Origin: Marsupella aquatica
Lineage: Eukaryota > Plantae > Marchantiophyta
Direction of reading: 5' to 3'
Assembly: GCA_973895155.1 (NCBI GenBank)
Contig: OZ316899.1
Coordinates: 3,865,455 to 3,929,454 of the forward strand
DNA: 64,000 nucleotides
The notes under the pieces were generated by a model. It saw nothing but the letters and a program-made list of their open reading frames with translations. It had not been told where the DNA came from and made no database searches. The position numbers and the translations under genes were made by a program. How positions within the stretch are numbered: the stretch's first letter is position 1; every line of letters starts with the position of its first letter. Below are positions 48,392 through 60,011 of the stretch, in pieces.

Positions 48392-51300
48392 TGTTATACC
48401 CTACCCGGAAACCTACCTGATCCGAGGTTAAACCTCCTATACAGTTAGACCAAGCCTAACCGCCTAAACTGTCTAGCCACCATAAGAGCTATATGTAATG
48501 ACCATATGATGAATGAAGTTATTAGTTGTTCAATCCTTTACAACACGTTATCAGCACAATGCTGATTTGAATCAATTTTTTCAAGATCATCCTCCTTTTT
48601 TCTCCTGAGAGTGAAATTTTACCACCTCTTAGGAAGGAATTTATGGCAGGCATAGGTGCAGCGGTGGCTAGAACCATGAAGGGTGATGGAACATTATAAA
48701 TCGAGATCACCATCGCAATGAATTGGGCGCAAAACCGAACATTGAGATAAGACACTCAAATTCGCCCATTACAATTCACAATTCCTTACTTCAATTCCTC
48801 AGATTTGCAATTGCGATGTTGTAATTCGCCCCTTACAACATTCAAATACATTAGCAAAATTGTGCTTACAGTCTACCACTAAAATGTCATCGCATACTAT
48901 GGAGAAGCTCTTATTTCAAGCACTCAGCATCGATGGTGCCAACTACTTGTCATGGATACTTGATACTGAAGCTCATCTAACCTCAAAGAATCTCCAGGAT
49001 ACCGTCATCACTGACCAAGGACAAACACTTCAGCAAAAGGCGCAGGCACTGGTCTTAATTCGACACCATTTGAGTGAACCTTTGAAGAGGCAATACATGA
49101 ACGAATACAACCCGAGAGTTCTTTGGGACGCCCTTCAGTCACGCTTCGACCACACGCGCACCATACACCTGCCAGCGGCCAGACACGACTGGATTAATCT
49201 TCGTGTCCAAGACCACAAAACCATTGCTGATTACAATTCTGAACTATTTCGAATTGTATCCCAATTGGCCATATGTGGCCATCCCGTCAATGATGACGAA
49301 CAGATTGAGAAAACGCTCTCTACTTTTCACTCCACGAATCTCATTCTCTCTACCCAATATCGCAACATGCGTTTTACACAATACTCCGAACTAATTGCCG
49401 ATATGCTCTTGGCCGAAAAGCATCAACTATTGCTCTTACAAAATTCCCAACGTCGACCCCCTGGAACTTTACCTCCAGCCACAAACCCCGAATCCCACTA
49501 TGTCATCACTCAGAGGGGAGAGAGTTCAACTTACCGCGGCCGTGGCAGCTTCAGGGGGAGAACCCCATATAGAGGCCGAGGTAACTCCTTCCGAGGACGT
49601 GGAGGCCGCAGCAACAATTTCCGAGACAGATCCAGGGGACGACATCAAAACAATGGCGGCAACTTCCAAAACAATTGGCAACGAGGAAACAATCAGCCTC
49701 GACCAAGGACCAACCTACAACCCAGCAATCAAAGAGATAAACTCGATAACCCCTCTACTTGTTTCCGTTGCGGCACTAAAGGCCACATTCAAAAATTCTG
49801 CCGTGCCCCTACACATCTTGTACAGCTATATAAGCAGAGCATTTCACAAAATGAACTTGAGACGTACGGGACTTTCTTAGAATCTGTTGATTTAATACCA
49901 TCTATCAACATGACTATACCAAGCCACGATTCTAATATAAGAGAAAATCTTTCCCACTGCATCGTCGACAGTGGCACATCGCATTCCATTTTCCAACATA
50001 AGGCATACTTTAAGCAAATTACTCCATCACAAAGAAAACTCACGACAATTATGGGCCAGCATCAATTGGAAGAGGGTTTCGGACCTGCACTGGTCACCCT
50101 ACCAAATGGCACACCAATCCATGTGAAGTCGGCGATATACGCTCCGAAGGCCACCAGGAATTTACTCAGCTTCGGGGACATCCGCGCAAACAAGCTACAC
50201 ATCAAGACGGGCACCAAGGATGGAGAGGATGTCTTATATGTAACCTCGGGGGAACCCCCACATACCCAGATCAGGGAGATCCTTTGTGCATCACCCCCTG
50301 GTTGTTATACCACCAAAATTTACAATTTCCATACCAAAGCACCCCAAGGCACACTTACTGAGATCTGGCATAGGAGATTGGGCCACCCTGGAACGACGAT
50401 GTTCCACAAACTCATCTGGGAAACCCAGGGTATCCCGGATAGGGTACACCCTACGTCTATGAAAGCCCCCTGTTTAGCTTGCTCACAGGGCAAGCTCATA
50501 ATACGACCCTCTCCACCCACAACTGAACACCAAATCCCACGTTTTCTGGAACGCATACACGCCGATGTATGTGGACCAATTGACCCTCCTAGCGGCCCAT
50601 TCCGATTTTTCCTGGCAGTCATCGATGCATCAACAAAATGGAGTCAAATATCTCTGTTATCCACAAGAAACCTGGTATTCTCCAGACTCCTCGCCCACAT
50701 ACTCAAACTGAGAGCACAATTCCCTGAGAACCACATTAAAACAGTGCGAGTGGATAACGCCGGTGAATTCACCTCAAAGACATTCGAAGATTTTTGCCAA
50801 GCCACAGGCATCGACGTCCAGTACCCGGTCCCTCACGTTCACTTCCAAAATGGGATAGCGAAATCCCTGATCAAACGATTACAACTGATTGCCCGACCCC
50901 TACTGATGCAGACGAACTTACCCACTGCTGCCTGGGGCCACGCCATACTCCACTCTGCTAAGCTATAGACCTTCATCCTTTAACTCAACTACCCCCCACC
51001 ATTTAGCATTCGGCAGCATGCCAAACGTCTCCCACCTACGAACATTTGGCTGCAAAGTCATGGTCCCCACCTTAGGCCCCAAGAGATCCAAGATGGGGCC
51101 CCAACGCCACACCGGCATCTACATAGGTTTCGATTCAACCTCCATCATAAGATATATGGAGCCTACTACGTCGGATGTATTCAAAGCACGTTTTGCCAAC
51201 TGCCACTTCTACGAAGAGATCTTCCCCAGCTTACAAACGCAACAACAGCTGGACACCGAGAAGCAGACCCAACTTACTTGGCAAATTGATACTAAATTCT

Positions 51301-54166
51301 GGAATGACCCACGGGACACCCATACGGACATTGAGGTACAGCGGATCCTACATTTGGCGAGGATGGCCGACCGCCTACCTGATTCCTTCACGGACGCCGC
51401 CCAAGTGACTCGCTCCCACATTCCAGCAGCAAACGCACCATCAAGAATCCAAATGGAGACCCAACCAGCATCAACTACTGCCCCGAAAGCAAAAAGAGGT
51501 CGCCCATTGGGATCTGCAGACAGACAGCCAAGACAACGAAGAGCCGCCCCACCAACTGCATCACCCAGAGGACAATCTCCACCCCCACCACTTGTACCCG
51601 AAGACAATGCAGAAATATCAATAAACTACCACAAAACCGGGCACGTCTGGAACCGAGAACATACCACAATAGACGAGCAATTTGCCTTCCATATCGCACA
51701 ACAGATTGAAGATGAACTGCCAGATCCACGAACAATTCGAGAAGCGGCAGCTCTACCTGATTGGCCCGAATGGCAACAGGCCATCTACTTAGAGCTGGAC
51801 TCATTGATCGCCCGACAAGTATTTGGACAAATTACCATAGCAGAACCTGAAGTACACCTCACAGGTTATAAATGGACGCTGGTTAAGAAACGAAATGCAA
51901 AAGGCGAAGTTACCAGATACAAGGCGCGACTGGTGGCCAGGGGATTTACCCAAGTCCCTGGCAGAGACTACGACCTCACATACTCACCAGTGATGGATGT
52001 CATCACCTACCGGTACCTCATCACATTCTCACAGCGACATAACCTTTCCATGCACCAAATGGATATTGTTACAGCATACTTATATGGGCACTTAGACAAA
52101 GTCATCTACTTGGAGGCACCACCCGAGCTGGTGAAACGAGTACAATACCACACTAAAGGAAAACATATACCCACCGTTGGCACCCACAATCTGGCGGAAA
52201 CATTTGAGCACACCAATTCAGAGATACTCCTGAAGACTGCATCGAAGATAGCACTCAGCGAACCTAGCCAGCATCAACGGGACACCACTCAAAGAACTCG
52301 ATTTGCAGTACAAGTACTGCGATCCCTGTATGGCCTTAAACAAAGCGGTCTGACCTAGTATAAATGATTTAAATCGGAAATGTTGGCAATGGGCTTTACT
52401 AATGCTGACATCGCACCCTGCCTATTCCTAAAACGAGAACACACTGAATTCATTATTGTCGCTATCTACGTGGACGACTTAAACCTATTTGGAACCAGAA
52501 AGATTATGACAGAAACGATTGCTCTCCTGAAACAAGTTTTTGAGATGCGCGACCTAGGGCAGACTTCTTTCTGCCTAGGTCTACAATTTGAGCACCTGCA
52601 CAATGGCATTGTTTTGCATCAGTCCACCTACATTAAAAAGATACTTCGACAGTTCAACATGGATAAGGCCACTGCGGTCAGATCCCCCATGGACATCCGC
52701 TCACTTGACAGAGAAAAAGATATCTTCCGGAAGAGAACTGAGACGGAGCCACTGCTTGGCCCAGAGAAACCATACCTATCTGCTATAGGCGTACTGATGT
52801 TCCTCTCGAACCAGACAAGGCCTGATATAGCCTTTGCCGTTAACTTATTGGCACGCCACAGTGCCACGCCGACTATCCGGCATTGGAATGGGATCAAGCG
52901 CATATTCCGCTACCTTGTGGGTACCATGGACCTGGGACTTTTTTACCCATCAAATACTAACTATACACTTACAGGATATGCCGATGCAGGTTACCTCTCG
53001 GACCCAGAAGATGCGAAGTCACAGACCGGTTATATTTTCTTGATGGGACCGACAGCTATTTCATGGTGCAGTTGCAAGCAAACATTAACCACTACATCAT
53101 CAAACCATTCCGAAATCATTGCCCTCTACGAAGCAAGTCGCGAGTGCATTTGGCTACGCAACATCATCAATCACATCCACGAAAATACGGGCATACCTAT
53201 ACTCACCACACCAACCATCATCCACGAAGATAACAGAGCCTGTGTCGAACAGATCCAAGCAGGCTTCATCAAGGGAGATCGAACCAAACACATTGCCCCC
53301 AAGTTTTTCTTTACGCATGAACAGCAAGGTAATAACATTGCAGTTAAATGGATACAAAGCTCAGCAAACATCGCAGATTTGTTTACGAAATCACTTCCTC
53401 CTGTACTCCATAGACAACATACACTCTCCATAGGGTTGCGAAACTTAGCTGAATTACAGGACTAACACTCTTCGGACTCCATCCGACCTACTTGTTTTCC
53501 TGCCCAGGGGGAGAATACAGGTGACCCTCACAGCAGCTCCACGACCCCAACCAAGATGCGCTTAGACACAACAGACCTAACACCACATCAGGGGGAGCAT
53601 CGACCATTGACCATCGACCATCGACCCTCGCTCTCAACGACGAGTAACAAGACGCCCACCATCGCAAATGTCAAAGACCTCACAGCTGCAGCTCACACCA
53701 CGATCACACTACAAGATGCAACTCACCTAACGCACATCACATCCACAATATCAAAACCTAACGATGTGCACCTTACGACCAGCAATACACTGTGTATATA
53801 GACACATTATACATTACCATTATTTTTCATGACTTTAGATTACTATATAGCTCGGAGGAAATGGTAACACTCTTTCCCCCTGCAAGAAAGGAGAGGGGGT
53901 TTTAATGAGGTTACATTTTCCCTCCACAAATTACTAGGATAAACTACATCCCAAAGTAGGTTTTTCAAATGGCTGCAACATCACCTTGGGTTATGTTACA
54001 CCCAAGGGGGAGTGTTATACCCTACCCGGAAACCTACCTGATCCAAGGTTAAACCTCCTATACAGTTAGACCAAGCCTAACCGCCTAAACTGTCTAGCCA
54101 CCATAAGAGCTATATGTAATGACCATATGATGAATGAAGTTATTAGTTGTTCAATCCTTTACAACA
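48392..54166 (+). mobile_element. Copia-2, Bianca-lineage Ty1/copia, full length and young
   Basis: 154-bp LTRs at 48392-48545 and 54013-54166 with 1 difference, TSD CTTTA, PBS CGTTATCAGCAC and PPT AAGGGGGAG. Confidence 0.96.
48884..53465 (+). pseudogene. Copia-2 gag-pol
   Basis: Same Bianca motifs as Copia-1 (DGANYLSW, CFRCGTKGHIQKFC, IVDSGTSH, RIHADVCGP, YVDDLN, GYADAGY). Frameshift near 50965; stops near 52357. Confidence 0.95.
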
Positions 54167-54449
54167 CTTTAAAGTTTTTAGGGGTTTTTAGTAAAAAATG
54201 ACAAAATTTAAAGAAAGAAAGGGTTTTGCAAAAAAAATATTTTTCACTTATAAGTTAGGGGGGTCAACCCTAAAACGTCGCACGCGATGTATGGCCCTCC
54301 ATGTAATGACCCCCCCCGAGGTTTTAGAGTGTAATGTGCTCCCCACAAACCAAACACATGACTCATCAAGGGAGAAGACTGGTCCAGATACATAATCATG
54401 GCCTGGGTTTGTTGCTTCTTTGTGCTCCACCTCGACGATAACAACCTAA

Positions 54450-57400
54450 TGAACTCGGAATTCTTTGCTCCGGGTACATATTTGAATGGGTTGCTTGGCA
54501 AATTCTTTGTAGAAGTCAGTTAAGACATGGGGGTGTCTATGGCCCAGAAGGTGGCATACTTCTTCAGCCAAGAACTGGTTACAGCAGTAAGGGTAGGGCG
54601 TGCATAGTCCAAAGCCACAAGGAGGATAGAGCAATATTGAGGTAAGGCAACCCTGTTAAATGAAGCCTCAGCCCGAGAAGCCGAGCTACAACTTTTACAG
54701 CCCCAACTTGCAACTGCCTTGGCCCAGATCACCAAAGCCAAAGCCAAGACAGCCTTGGCCGCACAAGCTGGAGCCGGAAAGGATGTTGAGCTTGCATGGA
54801 TTTGGAAACAGATTGATAGCTTGAAGGGACAATCTATCATTTGGCAAAAGGATCACCAATGCTCGGGCCCAGAGAGATGCGGTGGAGGTTGACGCCTTGA
54901 AGGCAAAAGTGGCACGATTTCTACAAGAAGCCACAAAATAGGACCAATTGGTGGCATTGCTGACGAGCAACGCCCAACAGCTAGAAGAGGCATGCCAAGA
55001 TGTTGTGGAGGAGATGGACGTGACAAAGCAAGAGAATGAGTCTCTCTTGGATCAAGTCCAGCTACTCAAGCAAGACGTAGGCCGTCTGAGGAGACAGCGG
55101 GACGGTCATTCTAGGTCCAACTCGGGTAGGTTTGGCAAGTGTGCCAGACATTAGTGGTCGGGTAGGTTTAGAGTAGAGACAAAATGAGACAGTAAGGACA
55201 AACGCTGGAGACAAATGCCAAAACTAGTTAGCGGCATTGTCTTGTCTGGCCGGCCCCACTTAGTGCAGACTCTTAGAATAGGACACACCATTTTTTGGTC
55301 TGACAATTAGACAAAACTTAGGATAGGATAGAATTAGCATCGTGGCCATTCCTGGACACGGACCTTAGTCAGTATTTAGTGCACCCCCTTGATAAAGGTA
55401 GGGGGATTTAGGTTCAGAACCGGGTAGCCATAGGATGTGCAGGGAGTCCCAACCTTCAGGACTATTGGGCACCAAGGGTGTGTGTACAACTAATCTTGCT
55501 GGGCAAGAGCGGAGCCGGGCTTTGTTGTAGTGTACATCTCATTGCCATTGGGCCTGTTAGTCTGGAAGAAGTCAAGTCAATCGTGTGTATGTGGATACAT
55601 GATTTTGAAGTAAAGTCTTTTTTCATCATTTCCTTTGTGTGAATTGGGATCTTGATGTTGTGAAGTTTGTCGCAGTCGTGAGTCCTGTATGTGTGCAGAG
55701 ATGCTTGGCCAAATGCATTATGCATGTAGTGCACAGGGTGCCAGCAGCGAATAGTGGTTGCAAGCCCGGGTTGAGAGTCGCATCAACAAATCCAGATCGG
55801 AGGTGGACAGCACAAAGGCTTAGAAATCCTTAAGCCAGGGTCAATCGAGCTACAACTAAGGTACATTCTGGCAGTGGAACACAAAGCATACCTGTGGTAC
55901 GTGTGTATGTATAGTCGGGTGCGCTTAGTGCTAGGTTAGGAGTATAAGTACATTTTGCAATTCCTCCTTGCAAACCCTCAATACTAATGAAGTTTATGTC
56001 TATCTGAAGCCAAAATTTGCGTAAGGACTCATCTTTTGGCGTGACATAGCCCTTGTTTTTGGCGCTAGATGGAGGGGGCACTCTTGGTCTTGTGAGAGTG
56101 GGGCCATGTGCATATGTATGTCATAACGGGGTCCAACACCCTAGTGAGTTATTAACTACTGCATTCATAGGAGTAGATGCCCGTCACTTGCTCTCGGGCG
56201 GCATACCTAAGGATATTGACAAGCAAACAAGAAAGTGTGTCAATAGCGAGTTCTGAATCTTCAAACTTGGGGGATTCACTCTCACCGCAATGGATGAATG
56301 TCCTACCTGGACCGTCGGGTTCCAGTTCAATAGGCCCTACTCCTGCCCCTGCTGCAGCTCCGCCAGCACCACCTCCTCTAGCCGTGCCCATGGTGGCAGC
56401 CCTGGCTGCCCCTCAAGTATCACAACAATTGCGATTTCATTATTGCCCATTCAAGGGACGCCATGGGGACAATCCGGACAAATAATTGGATGAATTTGAA
56501 GCCAAAGAAAATGGGGAGGATGTAATTAAGCTCATAGCTCTTCCAAGAGTAATGAGGGGTGAAGCTCGCCCTTGGTACAACTTGCTGCAGCCCGACATTA
56601 CTTGGCCGCAGTTCCAAGCCACCTTACTACAAGAGTTTCAAGCTATTAGGGCAGAGTTGCATTCCTTGTTGAAAATCAGCCACCTTCAAATGGGGAAGAA
56701 GGAGTCCTTGCGGAAGTTCATTAAGAAGTTTCAGAAACTGGCAACTAAAATTTGGCCCAGGCCGGGCGATGCGCTCCAGCTCACATGGTTTCTGCATGGT
56801 TTGCACATGGACATGCAATTTTGGGTTCAACAAAATAACCCAATCTCAATGCAAGTTGCCATAGCATGTGCCAAAACATACAAGGAGTCCACTTATAACT
56901 CCCGACAAAGCCAACGGGCATGACATAAGAAAAGCAAGTACCAGACCTTCAGTGACACTGATTCCAAATCAGATGATGAGAAGAAGAAGAAGTGAAAGAA
57001 GAAGAAAAGAAGAAAAAACATTGTTCAACTTTGTCCAGCTTGGAGATAGAGTCTAATTTGGCCACGATGTCATCCAGCATCTCCTCCACCTCAAGCTCAT
57101 CAAGTACTGATTTGGAAAGTGAGTCCCAAAGCAAGAAGAAGAAACGGCGAACAAAGAAGGAGGAGAAAATCAAGCCCCAAGCCCAAAGAGGAGTATCGGA
57201 CCCCAGAGTGGCTGAGGCAGATAAGCTCAATGAGATCACCAATCACCTGAAAGCCTTGTCTATACATCTCGTGGAGAAGCCTATAGAGAAGAAAATGTCG
57301 TCCAAAACCCAAGCACATGCGTGGTGCTCCAAGTGCTTCAATCAGGGCATGTGGTGCAAGAATGCCCGAGGTGGAATGATTGGGTCCATCAAGTAGAGTT

Positions 57401-59094
57401 GGATGATGTTGACGGGCCCAGCCCAGATCTGGAGTCAATCAAGTACTTTTTTGAGGACCCCCTGACTTCGTGTATCAGATCTCCACGGTGGGTCCTTGAA
57501 ACTTGGTAGGAAGAACCGCCCATACCCTAATGGTGGCCGGGGTTTACAAGTCATAAGTAACCCGAGCGTTCCTCCAAAACCAGGGATTTGGCGGTCCCCA
57601 ATCTATTACAACGGTGAGAAACCCAACCACTTTGCAAGGGAGTACACTGAGCAAAGATGGCAAGGCGATGATAGGGGCATGCCATTGTGCCAGGTTTGCA
57701 AGACAGAGGCTCATTCCACTAATTGCCCATTGGTAATAGCTGCACAAGCAAGCACAGCTAGACCGACATCTTGGGGGGGTCACTACATGGAGGGCCATAC
57801 ATCGCGTGCAACGTTTTAGGGTTTGACCCCCCTAACTTATAAGTGAAAAATATTTTTTTGAAAAACCCTTTCTTTCTTCCAATTTTGTCATTTTTTACTA
57901 AAAAACCCCTAAAACTTTAAAGAAGTATTTTTACAATTAAATAGGCCTATGTGTTCTTTAAAGTTTAATAGTCAATAAAACATGCCCTATGTGTTCTTCC
58001 ACCAAACTTTGGAAGTCTTCCGCCACACCTATTTAAATGGGCCTTTACTTCGTCGCACGTGATGTGCCACTTCTGTGGAAGTTACCCCCCGAGACCGACA
58101 TAGGTCAGCTAGCTTTGAGCAATGCGGTGGTACAAATGATAGACATGGAGTGCCAAGATGATACCACTGAATGGGTCGACTTGATCAACTTGATGGAACA
58201 CCCCAACCCGTCTGATGAAGCCAAATGCTACCAGGTGTCAACTAGGTCCAAAAACATGCAAGAGAAGCAGGAGGAAAAACAAAGGAAGAAGCAAGATACC
58301 ACCCGGGTACAGCCAACAGTAGACATACCTCCTGAAGAGGATGACGACTACCATCGGGATGACCCAACACTATTCTATCCCCACATAGAGGAGTTAGTAA
58401 AGCAACAATTGGAGGCTTACAAAGCACAAGAATACCAAAAAGCAATCGACAAAGACTTGAAGGCAGACGAAGCTGCTCAATGTGAAGACCAAGAGAAGCG
58501 GGAGGCCAAGGCAAAGCAACTATGTACCCACGGAGGAGAAGAAGGGAGATTACAATATTTGACAAGATGTGAAGAGTTGCCCAGTCACGACCACGGTCGG
58601 ACAACTACTCCAAAATAACCCATGGTACCGGCAACAACTGAGGGAGCTGCTTATGGGTCGGCGAAGAAGACAATTACCCCGTGTAGGCACTGCAAATTGT
58701 AACATCAAGATAAAAGGTTGTACCATCAAGCTAGTCCTTATGGACGGAAGAGCGGGAGCCAATATCATGACTGAAGAAACGTTTGTTAAGTTGGGTTATC
58801 TCACCTATCAGCCCATGGTCTGCGCTATTTGATTGGCAAATGGAGCTTGACCCTAAACCCTAAACCCTTGGGTACACTCACTAAGGTCCTCACCCTAGTA
58901 GGAGGTGTGGAATTGTACCTCAACTATTTGGTCATGAGGCCAGTCCGGCCATCCTCCTACCCAGTCCTCTTGGGGAGACCATGGTTGTATGGTGGCCGAG
59001 TAACTACGGGCTGGGGAAAGAAGGAGCTAAGATTCAGGACGCCTACGGTACAAGTGTCATGGATAGTCGATGATTATCAAGGTGAGACTCCACG
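54450..59094 (+). mobile_element. Tat-like gypsy copy 2, heavily decayed: ORF-C, LTR 55483-56046, PBS 56060-56078, gag, knuckles and protease
   Basis: Colinear homology to about 7560-3200 (minus strand). FKGRHGDNPD, RVMRGEARPWYNLLQ and VLMDGRAGANIM. Interrupted by MITE copy 2 and cut at 59095. Confidence 0.88.
57770..58093. mobile_element. MITE copy 2 (324 bp)
   Basis: CTTGGGGGGGTCAC...TTACCCCCCGAG, TSD ACCGACAT at 57762-57769 and 58094-58101. Confidence 0.92.
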
Positions 59095-59140
59095 GGGTAT
59101 TTACAAACAACAAGAAACACAAAACAGTAACAAGAAATAG
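59095..59140 (+). repeat. Terminus of a third MULE-family element, immediately interrupted by CACTA-2
   Basis: GGGTATTTACAAACAACAAGAAACACAAAACAG resembles both MULE-2 termini (GGGTATGG... and GAGGTGTTTACAAAAGGCAGGAAAACAG). Gypsy coding sequence stops at this position. Confidence 0.6.
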
Positions 59141-60011
59141 CACTGGTACATATTTTGGGTTTTTCCGATGCTCTTCTTTTGGTCGGCGACACTTTCCGAT
59201 ACAGAGAAGATCGGTACTCTCCGATTGTCCCCGCATTGGGGATTTACCATACATTCTACATTGGACACGTGCTGTCCCATACTATTACAATCGGAAATAG
59301 TTTCCCATTTAAAAACTATCAGAGCATTTCCCATTCTACCTGCATCGGACAGTGAGACTGCCGCGACGCAAGAGGCATCCGATAAAGAAAATATTGCATG
59401 TTGGTTCCGATGAACTGAGGGACGAAAAGTTTCCGATATTTGTGAAATCGGAAATGTGTTCCGACTTTTGTCCGAAACCATTACAAACGGACGTTGGTTC
59501 CGATGTGGTAAAGATGGCAAAGTTTCCTGATACCTGTAGGATGGCACATGAGTTCCGTTTCTTTTAATATTGGAAATATCGGTTTTCAGTAGAGCCGGGG
59601 TTTTTTGAGGGTTTTATCATCTTCCTAGCTTCTAATTAAGGCATGTTGTGTTTCCGATAGGTTTTTGACTCCATTTCCATTTGAAGTATGTGGGAACTCA
59701 ACTAGGGTCAACTTGAAATGAATTGGAAGCTTTCATTTCATATATATTAAAAGCATAAATATATAGCCACAGCTAGAGCCCAGAGATTTAAGTGGTATAT
59801 ATAAGTAAAGTAACATGCAACAAAAAATGGTAATGACAATGTAGATAACATATATATGCCAAAAAAATCAATACATGGAGGGAAGTGGTCATTAATTAGG
59901 TCTAGCTAGTGCTAGCTACCTAGCTTTTACCATGAAATTCCTAAGTAGCTAGTTGTTCTCATTTTCCAAATCTTCCACAACAACTACATTTGGCTGTTCT
60001 TGGACTGTGGA

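Larger units (their letters stand above)
48213..54320. mobile_element. MITE copy 1 (about 330 bp net), interrupted by Copia-2
   Basis: TIR CTYGGGGGGGTCA, TSD GTTTTAGA at 48205-48212 and 54321-54328. Internal sequence is the reverse complement of copy 2. Confidence 0.9.

Noticed and set aside
58037-58093. Start codons and ends of ORFs 58037-58618, 57496-57819 and 61415-62134
   Set aside because: These segments translate MITE sequence fused to gypsy or CACTA frames and are artefacts of insertion.
59575-59600. CAGTAGAG as a second CACTA-like terminus
   Set aside because: No matching partner end or TSD was found, and the better-supported terminus is at 59141.
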